Part shown: one piece after another, positions 29,236 through 39,072 of the stretch
Position numbering within the stretch: position 1 is the stretch's first letter
How the letters are laid out: every line of letters begins with the position of its first letter
Virus record (IMG/VR): IMGVR_UViG_3300020148_000032
Direction: 5' to 3' (one strand)
Length of the DNA stretch: 64,000 nt
Origin: a virus
Taxonomy: Duplodnaviria > Caudoviricetes
The notes under the pieces: model-generated
What the model was told of the DNA's origin: nothing
Database searches by the model: none
What the model saw: only the letters and a program-made list of their open reading frames with translations
Program-made: the position numbers and the translations under genes

Positions 29236-29314
29236 GTTTACACCTTCCTAAGAACAGTATTTAATTATAAACCCATCATTGGGTTAGTATTATCTTATCT
29301 AAAAAGTAAGAGTT

Positions 29315-29587
29315 TTATACAGTAATAAGAGCGCGAGCTGAAACAAGTAATTTATTATCAAGGGTAGATGAATACTTTTTAATTTCTTCAAAAGCTTTCA
29401 CAAAATTCATCATTTGTACAGTTTTACAATCTTCTGGCGACTCGCAAAGGGTCCACATTTCTTTTTTAAAGTCTTCATATAATTTCGGGTCAGAGCTATC
29501 AAGCAAAACTGACTGAAACTTATTCAGGCCCTCCTGGAGAGATTTATTCGTCAGATTTTCCCAATCAGTTTTATTAATCGCCTGCAT
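29315..29587 (-). CDS. Hypothetical protein
   Basis: AAGGAG RBS. Confidence 0.55.
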   Translation of the reverse strand: MQAINKTDWENLTNKSLQEGLNKFQSVLLDSSDPKLYEDFKKEMWTLCESPEDCKTVQMMNFVKAFEEIKKYSSTLDNKLLVSARALITV

Positions 29588-30860
29588 TTTTCGCTCCTTC
29601 TTTTATTGTTTTTGTTAAATCAAACCCCATGTTAAGAGGTAATCCTCGCAAGTTTTCTTGCGTAAGTTTGTTAATTGTTTCTCTCCAATTTATTGAATCC
29701 TTTATATTATTGCCATACACACTATTATAGAAAGCATTCTCTTTAAAGAACCTTCCAAATTCTATTGATTGTTCGACTTCAAAATCTACATTAATACAAT
29801 AGTGCATAAAAGCGATTTTTGACATAACAGTAAAATGCACTTTTTCACTAATTAAAGTAAAAGCTTTTTCTGCTTTGTCCCCATAAATAAAGGTTATCTT
29901 TTTATGAAGAGCGTTATATCCAATTTGGTCAAAATAACTATACATATCTTTAGTCTCTTTGCTCAACAAGAAATCTATAGTTTCTGTTCTTTGCTCCTCA
30001 AGCTTTTTAAAGAACTCTGGTTTCAAAAAGTCAGAGTATTCTTTAGTGAAAGATTTTGAAAAAAGAGCATAAAGCATATTGTCAACACCAGTCAGACCTT
30101 TATCAAAATCTTGAACTATTTTTCGTGTTTCATTTAATTGATTCAGAAGTAACTTATCAAGAGAATTATCATATTCAAAGTATTCTCTGATCTTCTTCTC
30201 TCTATAGAACTCTACAAATGCAACATGAAAAGGTCTATTGCTATTTAAAGTATATGCTAATGCAAGAGGCAAACAGTTAAAATTGTATTGTTGTTCGGCA
30301 GTATTATTCTCAGTAGCAACAACATTTCCAAAGGCTGCAGAGCCACGTAAAATATTACACGGATCAAGCGGTATAACCCAAGGAGTTAAATAATATTCAA
30401 CTCCTCGCTCTCTCACAAGAGGGTATTCAGAGGCATTCTTCATATTCGAAAGTCTACCAATAAGATCCTCAGAAGTAAGCCGCGAAAGGATCTTAATATT
30501 TGAAAGGTAGGAAATGATTCCTAAAAACTTCCTGTAATCGTCAAGCGTTGAATCGAGAATATTATCAACATGAAGAACATTTTCGCTATTACTGAAATAA
30601 ATTGATTTCTTAATTCTGATAGTGAACGGTTCTCTAGTGGCTTCTTCTATACTCGCCTTAGTAGCCTCTAGAAGTTCAAGAAAAACATTAATGTAAAGCC
30701 GGCCCTTATAACGCTTTCTAGCAATTTCAGTAAATTGAAAAATTACATCTCTATCGGGCGCGCCCTTTACTCTAAATTCGACAAGATCAGTATCATAGAC
30801 ATGATACTCATAATTCTCGGAGGTCTTCATGCGAATAATCTTTCGATCAGATCTAGACAT
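29574..30860 (-). CDS. Hypothetical protein
   Basis: 428 aa, AGGAGG RBS, TTGACT-17-TATGAT promoter at 30897-30925. Confidence 0.7.
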   Translation of the reverse strand: MSRSDRKIIRMKTSENYEYHVYDTDLVEFRVKGAPDRDVIFQFTEIARKRYKGRLYINVFLELLEATKASIEEATREPFTIRIKKSIYFSNSENVLHVDNILDSTLDDYRKFLGIISYLSNIKILSRLTSEDLIGRLSNMKNASEYPLVRERGVEYYLTPWVIPLDPCNILRGSAAFGNVVATENNTAEQQYNFNCLPLALAYTLNSNRPFHVAFVEFYREKKIREYFEYDNSLDKLLLNQLNETRKIVQDFDKGLTGVDNMLYALFSKSFTKEYSDFLKPEFFKKLEEQRTETIDFLLSKETKDMYSYFDQIGYNALHKKITFIYGDKAEKAFTLISEKVHFTVMSKIAFMHYCINVDFEVEQSIEFGRFFKENAFYNSVYGNNIKDSINWRETINKLTQENLRGLPLNMGFDLTKTIKEGAKNAGD

Positions 30861-30987
30861 GAATAAATACCTCCTTTAGGCAAATAAGTTATTCTCATCA
30901 TAATTGATAAAGCAATAAAAGTCAAACTCCATTTATGAAAGATTTAACAGTATGTTAAAAGATAATCCATTTTTAATACCACCTCTC

Positions 30988-32070
30988 TTATAGAAGAGTT
31001 TTTGCTACACCTAAAGGTATTGTATCGAATTCTCGCCTTTTTGATAACTTAACAATCGAGTGATAATCGATTTCTCTCACTTCATCGTTAGGGTCTACCT
31101 CCGAAAATAAGAAAAAGATCTCCCTAATTTTATCTTCGGCATAAAATTGCAAAAGGTACTTGTAAAGTATAATATTCTCAAGAGTTATAAGAAAACGATT
31201 TTCTTTAAAATGGCTTCTATTTGAATCAATACTTTTCAAATGAGCGCACTCTTTCATTTCTTCAAAAGTCATATATTTCCAATATAATGAATCCTCTTTA
31301 AAAGTTAAGTCTTTATTTTTTAAATAGAATTCTAAAACATCAGAATTATTACTCTTAACAATATTCTTATAGGTTCTTAAGAAAATAATTTTCTTAAAAT
31401 CTTTTAAAGAATACTCTTTAAAGAGAATTATCAAAATTGAGGAAAGATAAAAGCCTATTGAAAAACCATCTTCAATCACAATATTCTTTGTTTTGAAGTA
31501 CTGGTCAAGTATTTCCTCTTTAGGTTTTTTAGAGAATTCTTTTAAAGAAACCTCATCATTATTATTAATGATCCAATAAAAGAATAACTCTGTATCTTCA
31601 TTAGATAAATGTCGAAGTGAGCTTAAATTATAAGCAAAAACTTTTGTATATTTTTCTTTATTTTTAAGAGCAAGAGATAAAAAATACCTATTTTTACAAA
31701 TAGTATTTAAAAAATCAAAATTATTCTTAATACAAGAGTAATGAAGCAATATAAATAAGGTCTTTAAAGAAACTATTTTATTATTCTCAATATATTTTAA
31801 AAAGTTATTCAAAACTTTAGTGTAATAGTTTATATTTCCTACAGTAAAAGATTGCTCATTTTCTAAAGAAGAGAATTCTTTAGATAAAAGCATTTTAGCG
31901 AAAACTTCATAATTTTCTTTATACTTTACAAGCGTTCTTTCCTTTGTATTCAGAAAAATGAATGTAATGCGCTTTTCTTTATAAAACCTTTTCCCAGAAA
32001 TAGTAAGAGAAATACTTCTTTCATTCTTGGTAACGTCTAGCTTTTCTTCTATAATTGTAGTGAATTTCAT
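30988..32070 (-). CDS. Hypothetical protein (very AT-rich)
   Basis: 360-aa ORF. Confidence 0.6.
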   Translation of the reverse strand: MKFTTIIEEKLDVTKNERSISLTISGKRFYKEKRITFIFLNTKERTLVKYKENYEVFAKMLLSKEFSSLENEQSFTVGNINYYTKVLNNFLKYIENNKIVSLKTLFILLHYSCIKNNFDFLNTICKNRYFLSLALKNKEKYTKVFAYNLSSLRHLSNEDTELFFYWIINNNDEVSLKEFSKKPKEEILDQYFKTKNIVIEDGFSIGFYLSSILIILFKEYSLKDFKKIIFLRTYKNIVKSNNSDVLEFYLKNKDLTFKEDSLYWKYMTFEEMKECAHLKSIDSNRSHFKENRFLITLENIILYKYLLQFYAEDKIREIFFLFSEVDPNDEVREIDYHSIVKLSKRREFDTIPLGVAKTLL

Positions 32071-32086
32071 TAGACAAGTTCCTTAA

Positions 32087-32395
32087 CTACTGAAAGAGGG
32101 TATTGCAACAAATCTCTATTCTTTGTAAGTTTTTCAATTGCTTCAAAATTTGGCTGAATAGTTTGTAACAAATCATTTTCTTTCTTATTCTGCATAGATT
32201 CATCATAATAAAAAAGATTTTATGTCCATCAGAATCCCGAAAAGGAACTCTTTTTAAAAAGTTTTCTTGAAGCTCAAGACTTGGGCAACTCTCTTGGAAA
32301 AATAGTTTTCCTACAAAAGGGTCATTTTTATCAGACTTATGAACAATAAAGTTTGTCTCTAACCCATTAGGGATAAGGTCAATAAGTGTTTTCAT
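32087..32395 (-). CDS. Hypothetical protein
   Basis: Start overlaps nrdI stop. Confidence 0.4.
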   Translation of the reverse strand: MKTLIDLIPNGLETNFIVHKSDKNDPFVGKLFFQESCPSLELQENFLKRVPFRDSDGHKIFFIMMNLCRIRKKMICYKLFSQILKQLKNLQRIEICCNTLFQ

Positions 32396-32805
32396 TTTAA
32401 AGAATCCCAATAACGTTGAATTCCAAGAATAACATTCTCAGTATCACGCGAAGTCCCAGCAAGTTCGAAATGATAAAGAAGAGGAACATTGAGTTTTTTT
32501 GAGATAATACGCCCTGCAAGACCATAAGCCTCACCGAAGTTAATATTACCTCCAGTAATTACGCCTACACAAAGGTTGCGATTTTCTTCAACATTCAAGA
32601 ATTTAATCACTTGCTTTGGTACAGCACCCTTATGATTTCCTCCACCATAAGTAGGAACAAAAAGGATATATTTCTCAGTCATTAAAAGTGATTTATCACT
32701 AGCTCTCAAAGGCAAACGATAAGACTCAAAACCTAAAGTGTCAACGAACTTCTTAGTATTCTCAGTGACAGATGAAAAATATACAATCTTAGGGGTGCTT
32801 TCCAT
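32392..32805 (-). CDS. nrdI: Class Ib ribonucleotide reductase flavodoxin NrdI
   Basis: VYFSSVTENTKKFV, PTYGGG, AVPKQVIKFLN, GNINFG, FELAGT. Confidence 0.92.
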   Translation of the reverse strand: MESTPKIVYFSSVTENTKKFVDTLGFESYRLPLRASDKSLLMTEKYILFVPTYGGGNHKGAVPKQVIKFLNVEENRNLCVGVITGGNINFGEAYGLAGRIISKKLNVPLLYHFELAGTSRDTENVILGIQRYWDSLK

Positions 32806-32807
32806 TA

Positions 32808-33125
32808 CTATACCTCTTCTTTAAACCCTACTTCATAAAAAGTTTTGAAGAGCCTTTCCTTACTGCGAAGGATATTTTCTTTATTCTGAAGTGGGAAACT
32901 ACTAATATTATAATAACCTTTTTTAGAGGAAGAATCAACAATAACTTCAAGTATTACATTACGATCTAAAAATGCTGAATAATAATATTTTTGTGAAGAA
33001 AAATTCCTAAAACCTAACCTCTGAAAAACAGCGTGAGAGGTCTCCATAGGGAATGAAACGTTAGTTAGTCCAAGCATAAGGGTCCGCCTTAAAAACAAGT
33101 AGTTGGTTAGATGAGGGAAAGTCAA
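32808..33125 (-). CDS. Hypothetical protein
   Basis: ORF; start uncertain. Confidence 0.4.
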   Translation of the reverse strand: MTFPHLTNYLFLRRTLMLGLTNVSFPMETSHAVFQRLGFRNFSSQKYYYSAFLDRNVILEVIVDSSSKKGYYNISSFPLQNKENILRSKERLFKTFYEVGFKEEV

Positions 33126-33957
33126 TTTTCACATTGTCAGAATCATAGAGGGACACCCTTTCCTCCAAATGCTCTCTATACCCTGGTTGTAAGTACTCTT
33201 CAGAATGAACAAGACTAAACCCATACTTTTGAACATATTCAGCATATTCACTACGAGTAAAAAGTGCGTATTTCTCTTTTGATTCACGATGAACCGAGCG
33301 AATACCCCAAGTGAAAGTATAAATAAACTCCATAATGGACTGCTCATCACCATAAAGAGTATATGGATCAGTCATTGTTAAATGAATATACTGATTAGAG
33401 CTACCCTTAACAATTAGTTTTTCTTCCTTAGTAAAGTCTGGAAAATCTTTAACATATTCTTCCAAAAAATCTGAAAGCTCTACGGGGTCTGTAAAGTGAG
33501 CTCTAATTGTTCGATTTGTAGTGGGAATAACTCCATCACGAATAATTAATCTGCCACCGTCTTTTAGAAGAGTCCTCATATGATGAAGAGTCTCATTAAA
33601 AGCACCCCACGAGTATTCTCCAGTATTTGAATGTCCATATGAGAATACTTCATGAAGCACACTAGAGCACACAATATTAGAGAAGAAACCAGGGTAAAGT
33701 AAATTGCCAAGTCTCTCGCTTGAACCCTTAAGAACATGCAACCCCTTGATTTTTCTGAGTATTTCCAAACTTTCAGGAGAATAATCAAGTGAATATGTTT
33801 CATGTCCAAACTTCATAATGGTTTTAGAAAGATCACCAGTTCCTGCTCCAACATCAAGAGTTGGCCCGTCAATAAGGTAATCGAGTATCTTCTTCTTATC
33901 CCCAAGACTAGAAGTCATAAGATCAAAATATTCTTGATCATAAGTAAGCTTTTGCAT
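33061..33957 (-). CDS. Class I SAM-dependent methyltransferase
   Basis: LDVGAGTG, SSVLHEVFSY, LKDGGRLIIRDG. Confidence 0.82.
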   Translation of the reverse strand: MQKLTYDQEYFDLMTSSLGDKKKILDYLIDGPTLDVGAGTGDLSKTIMKFGHETYSLDYSPESLEILRKIKGLHVLKGSSERLGNLLYPGFFSNIVCSSVLHEVFSYGHSNTGEYSWGAFNETLHHMRTLLKDGGRLIIRDGVIPTTNRTIRAHFTDPVELSDFLEEYVKDFPDFTKEEKLIVKGSSNQYIHLTMTDPYTLYGDEQSIMEFIYTFTWGIRSVHRESKEKYALFTRSEYAEYVQKYGFSLVHSEEYLQPGYREHLEERVSLYDSDNVKIDFPSSNQLLVFKADPYAWTN

Positions 33958-33997
33958 GTTGAAATACCCTATCTTTACATTCCTATTATAACAAGTT

Positions 33998-34630
33998 CTA
34001 CATTCGAGACAGAACCAGATCATTCTCTTCGAGGGCAATAGCGAAATCAGTAATATCTGTGAGAGTCATGAGATCATAGTCAAACAAATCATCAATAGTC
34101 ACCTTGTAAGACTCAAAGAATTCGAGCGAATGAGGGTTAGCGGCTGCAGAAATGCTACCTACATCCTCCCACTTGTTCTTGTAGAAAACGGCAGCATATT
34201 CGCTATCCTGAGGATTCAGATCATCAAAGTTATCATTCAGATCTTCTTCAATAAGTGGAGAGAAAATCTGCTCAGGCTTGAAGCGCACGCGATACACGTA
34301 GAATTCAGTGAGACCCTCCTCGCGGAATCGGGCACCCGCGCGCTCGAGCGCAGCATACTCAGTACCAATGTGAGTGTAGTACGAATTACCATTATTGGCT
34401 GAAAGAATACGCTCTTTCCAAGAGTCATGTGCGGTGACATGGTACCAGTCACGCTCGACCAACTCTTGAAAGGTAAGATTGGTGTCAGAACTTGCTCCAA
34501 TAAGAAGATTATTAATGTGAATCTTACCTCCACAGATGCACGAGAGTTCGTGAGAGGGATCCATAAGGTAAATTACTTCTTCCTTCTTAAGAGTAAGGAG
34601 GCAGTGATTACAGTAGACCTTAGTCAGCAT
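33998..34630 (-). CDS. Zn-ribbon + ADP-ribosyltransferase-like protein
   Basis: CxxC..CxC; WYHVT, THIGT..AALER, YKNKWEDVGSIS. Confidence 0.5.
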   Translation of the reverse strand: MLTKVYCNHCLLTLKKEEVIYLMDPSHELSCICGGKIHINNLLIGASSDTNLTFQELVERDWYHVTAHDSWKERILSANNGNSYYTHIGTEYAALERAGARFREEGLTEFYVYRVRFKPEQIFSPLIEEDLNDNFDDLNPQDSEYAAVFYKNKWEDVGSISAAANPHSLEFFESYKVTIDDLFDYDLMTLTDITDFAIALEENDLVLSRM

Positions 34631-34631
34631 T

Positions 34632-35195
34632 TTATAATTTCAACACTTTCTTTTCACCAGCAAGGGATATCGTTATTGAGTCAAATGATACATCACCTAG
34701 AACAAAAAGTGAATCCTCAACTACTGCATAGTAATTATCGGTGTAACCTAGATTCAAATGAGGGTTCCAAATTGAACTCAAGTTTTGATTCTCGTTTCTA
34801 AAAACTTTTGAAAGATAAGAGATTAGATCTCTTCTAAGATCTGTCACACTTTTAGATTCACGAAAATTAACGTTAGCGTTAACAGTTGTTTTTACATCAT
34901 CACGATGGCTGTTAGTAATGTTAATAGAATACAATTCACCTGAAAGAGGGAGTATATCATGTCTATTAATCTCTTTAGTAGAAAGATCAAAAAACATATC
35001 CCTCTCATTTTCCTTCATGTGAGAAACATCACCAAGGAAAAGCAGAGTGACATGAAGATCTTCGGGGGAGAGACCCCATGGACGCGCAATACGAGCTGCA
35101 TCGTGTTCGGAAGGAGAAAGCATGATTGCACCATACTTATTTTTAATCATATTCAAGTATTCATTATTGTCCATTTCAGATTTTCCTGTGATCAT
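34632..35195 (-). CDS. 2H phosphoesterase family protein
   Basis: LHVTLLFLG and PHLNLGY motifs; TTGACT-17-CATAAT promoter at 35221-35249. Confidence 0.75.
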   Translation of the reverse strand: MITGKSEMDNNEYLNMIKNKYGAIMLSPSEHDAARIARPWGLSPEDLHVTLLFLGDVSHMKENERDMFFDLSTKEINRHDILPLSGELYSINITNSHRDDVKTTVNANVNFRESKSVTDLRRDLISYLSKVFRNENQNLSSIWNPHLNLGYTDNYYAVVEDSLFVLGDVSFDSITISLAGEKKVLKL

Positions 35196-35254
35196 TACAT
35201 CCCCTAAATAACGTTTTTTAATTATGACACAGGTTTATATCAAAGTCAATGAGA

Positions 35255-35285
35255 AAAGCCGCTGTTTCAAAGAAACAGCGGCTTT
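35255..35285. terminator. Intrinsic terminator
   Basis: aaagccgctgtttc-aaa-gaaacagcggcttt perfect stem. Confidence 0.8.
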
Positions 35286-35333
35286 CATTCTCTTAAAACT
35301 AAAATTTAAAAAAAGAGATTAATTTTAAAAATT

Positions 35334-35876
35334 TTAGCGAATATTGAAAGAGAGAGAACTTTTATCATTCTTGAATTTAATGTGATTAATAAGATTAGTC
35401 TCAAAAATGATACTTAAGATTGACTCTAGATCTTTATCTTTAGTATAGAAAACAAAAGCTCCATTGTCCATAGTAAAGTATTCTTTCAATTGATTATTTT
35501 CAATATAATTCATCATTCTATTAAGAATCTTCTTGAAAGCGTAACTAGTATTACGGCTTCTTCCAGTAATAATGAACATATAACTTCCATTATTAAGATC
35601 TATTTTTCGAATGAAATTCTTTCTCGCTCTTCGAGCAAAAACCTTTTCAAGAAGATTAATAGAAGCTTTTAATTTTTCTCCCCTGAAATTAGTGAAAAAT
35701 GTGAGTGTTACTTTCTTACCTTCAATTTTAATATTGAAAGAGTCAGTGTTATTCTCAAAATGCGTGACTTTTTTCCGTAATTTCCACATGTAAAAAATTT
35801 TAAAAATATTCATTTTATTCCTTAGATAATAAACTCTCAACATCGAAAGAGAATTCCATAAGCCAACCCTTACCAT
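35334..35876 (-). CDS. Hypothetical protein
   Basis: ORF; likely start MNIF. Confidence 0.5.
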   Translation of the reverse strand: MVRVGLWNSLSMLRVYYLRNKMNIFKIFYMWKLRKKVTHFENNTDSFNIKIEGKKVTLTFFTNFRGEKLKASINLLEKVFARRARKNFIRKIDLNNGSYMFIITGRSRNTSYAFKKILNRMMNYIENNQLKEYFTMDNGAFVFYTKDKDLESILSIIFETNLINHIKFKNDKSSLSFNIR

Positions 35877-36159
35877 AACCTATTTGAACCTCAGAAATCT
35901 TCATTGCTACGTTAGAGTCTTCCAAAAGCTCAGCAATTCCAACTCCAGTACTATAATCTTTCACAAAGAACCTATTGAAACCAGGAGTAAGCCCGTAACC
36001 AGCTAGACACACTGAGATTGGCTCTTCACGACCATAATCTCCATCAATAAGAACAGCAAGTGAATCATCACTAGCGTAACGACTCACATAAAGATTAGTA
36101 GCGTTCTTCTTATAATATCGAGTAGTAAATTCGTTAAGTTGGGTAATCTTCTTTAGCAT
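35815..36159 (-). CDS. Hypothetical phage protein
   Basis: AAGGAG RBS; SLAV...ISVCL...FVKDY. Confidence 0.6.
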   Translation of the reverse strand: MLKKITQLNEFTTRYYKKNATNLYVSRYASDDSLAVLIDGDYGREEPISVCLAGYGLTPGFNRFFVKDYSTGVGIAELLEDSNVAMKISEVQIGYGKGWLMEFSFDVESLLSKE

Positions 36160-36162
36160 GTC

Positions 36163-36816
36163 TTACTCCTTCTCTTTAAGAAAGTCAAGTACTATTGTCC
36201 AATTATATCGAGAGACACCATAATTCTCATGTGGTGCTATACATAAAAAATTAGACTTTTTTACTGTCGGGAAAGACGCAGTTTTCTCTGATTCAAGTAA
36301 AAGTATTCTTTCTGGAATTGCAGAGTCATCAATCCAAATAATTTGAGAATTCCCCATGTTTGTATCTTTCAAATAATTTTTGAGAGATAAGAATTTGCAG
36401 GAATGATCGTGATAATGAAATTCATCTCCCCAAGGAAGAAAACTCATTTCATTGAAAGACTTTATCTCAAGTCGAGAACACACATCATCCATATGTTCTC
36501 TCCAAGTAGTAAGCCAAATGATCTGAACAGTTGATTTAGAGGTTAACTGGTTAAACTCTTTTACGAATTCTGTTGACCACTGTAATTCATAAGTCTTAGG
36601 TTCTCTATAAGTCTTATGCATTTTATGATAGTGAGCTTCTACATCCTTATCATAATGAGGGTTAGGGTGTCGCTCTCTTTTATCAGCAGGATAATATTCT
36701 TTAGGGAAAGTTCCGCTATGGTAGAAGGAATTAAAGACTCCGTCAAAATCTACAAAAAGAAACGTCTTTACTCCAGCATTCAAATATGCTGTAGCACTTA
36801 ACGCTTCTTTAAACAT
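36163..36816 (-). CDS. HAD phosphatase of the Swiss-Army-Knife RNA-repair type
   Basis: FVDFDGV, IWLTTWR, IWIDD, P..GV. Confidence 0.78.
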   Translation of the reverse strand: MFKEALSATAYLNAGVKTFLFVDFDGVFNSFYHSGTFPKEYYPADKRERHPNPHYDKDVEAHYHKMHKTYREPKTYELQWSTEFVKEFNQLTSKSTVQIIWLTTWREHMDDVCSRLEIKSFNEMSFLPWGDEFHYHDHSCKFLSLKNYLKDTNMGNSQIIWIDDSAIPERILLLESEKTASFPTVKKSNFLCIAPHENYGVSRYNWTIVLDFLKEKE

Positions 36817-36883
36817 AAAACCTCCAATGTTTATATCTTATCACCTAATTCTCTTAAAAGAAATACTTTATAGATACTTTTTT

Positions 36884-37006
36884 ATGAAAACTTATCATGT
36901 TAATCCAGAAGCTGGGAAAATAGATATTGTTCCATATGATAAACAAAATATTGAAATAAGGGGTTGGTTACCGCATTATAAAGACATGACTTTTGTTGAA
37001 AGTTGA
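36884..37006 (+). CDS. Degenerate stand-alone tag peptide lacking cysteines (40 aa)
   Basis: MKTYHVNPEAGKIDIVPYDKQNIEIRGWLPHYKDMTFVES; TATAGATAC ends at 36877, 7 nt before the ATG. Confidence 0.5.
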   Translation: MKTYHVNPEAGKIDIVPYDKQNIEIRGWLPHYKDMTFVES

Positions 37007-37063
37007 GTTGACAAAAGACCTTTATTTTAGTTAAAATAAGTATTGAAAGAAAGGAATTTACTT

Positions 37064-37684
37064 ATGAATACTACACCGATTGTTATGACAGTCATTGTGA
37101 ATGATTCAAAGAATTTCTCTCTTTATTCTCTTTATCATGCTTTAGGGCAGGGTTTCCTTGAATTTTACCCGATTCTTAGCTCTAGTATTCTTCATTCTGA
37201 GTGGGAGAACACTGATTATCGAAAAATTGTAAAGAGAGCAAAGCCCGAACTTTTTAAAAAGATTGTTGCAACGACTGAGGGTAATTATTTCAAAAAAGGT
37301 AACGTTGAATTCTTGTTTCTTCCTTTGAGTTATCAAGGTCAGGATCCAACTTCTATTAAGAGAGCTCAATTAGCTCACTTTAATGGGGTTTTTATTCAAG
37401 AAGATTATTCTGAATCATTTTTTAAAGTAACTCTTAACTCTCTTGTTGACATGAGTTCTGGTAAGCAAGCGGCGGCTGTTATGCATAGTGTTCATAGAGC
37501 TTTCTGTGAATCTAGCATTAAGGTAAGAGACGAATGGGAATCAAGAGGTTTCGATTTCGTTATAGAGAATAGTGTTATCACTATTGATAAAGATTATGAT
37601 GTTATTATTCACGATCTCGGTTACACTGAGGTTCCTACAGGGACCATCACTGTAGCGGGTGAGTGGCTTCATCCACAAGATTAA
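37064..37684 (+). CDS. Pth2-like peptidyl-tRNA hydrolase (two-domain actinobacterial type)
   Basis: RKIVKRAK, MSSGKQAAAVMH, IHDLGYTEVPTGTIT. Confidence 0.75.
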   Translation: MNTTPIVMTVIVNDSKNFSLYSLYHALGQGFLEFYPILSSSILHSEWENTDYRKIVKRAKPELFKKIVATTEGNYFKKGNVEFLFLPLSYQGQDPTSIKRAQLAHFNGVFIQEDYSESFFKVTLNSLVDMSSGKQAAAVMHSVHRAFCESSIKVRDEWESRGFDFVIENSVITIDKDYDVIIHDLGYTEVPTGTITVAGEWLHPQD

Positions 37685-37874
37685 CTTAAGATGTACCTAA
37701 TGAAGAATTTTTTAATGAAATTGTTTCCGAACATGAAAAATTCATATGCTGAAACTCACAATCCTGAAAACATTAGATTGCGCGCTGATTTTGAAAATCA
37801 GAATAGGATTATTTCAAGAATTCACTAAAAAGAAAAAAGGGCTCAAATATTTGGGCTCCTTTCTAGTAAGAATT

Positions 37875-38387
37875 CTATATTTTTGATTTTAATTCTTCTT
37901 TTCTTGCATTAATTTTTTCAAGGTAAAGAGTGACTTCAACTGATCTGTTCTTCAAAAAGGTATGGTTCTTTTTCAAGCCTTCTAATTCTTTTTCTTGCTC
38001 AGAAATTTTAGCCTCTATTTTTTGTTTTCTTTCACCAGATAATTTTGAAGCTTTATTCTTAAGTGACCCAACAAATGCTTCTTTAAGAGCAACTTTGTCT
38101 TCAACTTTTTGAATTAAAGAAGTGAGGGTTTCATCTTTAAGAAGCGTTTTCGCTCTATCTTTCTCTATTTCTTTATCATTGACATATTTCTTTACTGGGA
38201 ATCGAGAGTACCTTTCACGCTCGTGAAAGAGTGAATCCTCTAGGTCATCTTTCATTGATGCTTCATATGCCACTCTTGCATCTTGAGGTGTTTCATAATG
38301 CTCATCTTTAGATCCATATGGACACCTTCCGAAAAGAGCCTTACAGGCTCCTGGATTACCATTCTTGTCAATGTGAAATTTAGCCAT
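37875..38387 (-). CDS. HCCH-tagged coiled-coil protein
   Basis: FHIDKNGNPGACKALFGRCPYGSKDEHY; TTTAGATAG at 38414-38422. Confidence 0.8.
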   Translation of the reverse strand: MAKFHIDKNGNPGACKALFGRCPYGSKDEHYETPQDARVAYEASMKDDLEDSLFHERERYSRFPVKKYVNDKEIEKDRAKTLLKDETLTSLIQKVEDKVALKEAFVGSLKNKASKLSGERKQKIEAKISEQEKELEGLKKNHTFLKNRSVEVTLYLEKINARKEELKSKI

Positions 38388-38756
38388 TATGAACCCCTTT
38401 TAATTTTATTTACCTATCTAAAAAGAATCTAGAAGAGAGACCGCTCCTAGTAATATAAGTAGTTAAGTAGTATTGTTACTTTATAAACTATTTATAAAGA
38501 ATTTAAAAAACAAGCTTATAAATAGTACCATGCTAAGTAAAGTCAAAAACAAGTTTTTAGGCTTTTTAGGTTTTTGTGGAGCAAGAAGATTTGAAAATAC
38601 TAAGTAAGTTTTATTATTATTGGTAGTTTATTTTAGACTGCAGTCTTAGAAAGGAAAAGTCAGAGGTATGTCGTTCATCATAACTGCACTAAAGTTCTGT
38701 TAGAAAGCAGCTTAGAGTTAGTAGCCGTACAATTTAGACACACTCCTACAAAACGG

Positions 38757-39071
38757 CTACTCTTCTATGTGCTCTGAAGGAGCTTCGGGATTTTGGTCCT
38801 CAGGCTTCGGCCAATTTCGTGACATATTCTTCTCTAACTTGAACTTAACTTTGTCAAGTAAATCTTGTGGCTCAAATCCCATTCTCATAGCACCACCAGT
38901 CAATAACAAAATTCCATCAACCCACTCTTCGAGATCCGCAGGATCTTTTTCAATTTCATCTAACTCTTTACGAGCATGAGCAATAATTCCAACATATGTC
39001 TGGTGAGGCCAAGTCTTATCAGCAAATTCTCTCTGCACATAAAGAAAGTTTTCATCAATCGAAAAATTCAT
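38757..39071 (-). CDS. DUF550-like dATP/dGTP pyrophosphohydrolase (MazG-like)
   Basis: H.RKELDEIE.DP.DLEEWVD...K..KN.SR.WP. Confidence 0.75.
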   Translation of the reverse strand: MNFSIDENFLYVQREFADKTWPHQTYVGIIAHARKELDEIEKDPADLEEWVDGILLLTGGAMRMGFEPQDLLDKVKFKLEKNMSRNWPKPEDQNPEAPSEHIEE

Positions 39072-39072
39072 G

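Noticed and set aside
33061-33957. SAM methyltransferase as cognate DNA MTase for the orphan nucleases
   Set aside because: Lacks DPPY/NPPY/SPPY or PC catalytic motifs; looks like a small-molecule or protein MTase.
38640-38760. RNase P RNA-like words (GGAAAAGTC ... ACAAAACGGCTAC)
   Set aside because: Too short, and the 3' word is explained by a local inverted repeat (gtagccgt/acggctac) overlapping a stop codon; an Infernal search would settle it.
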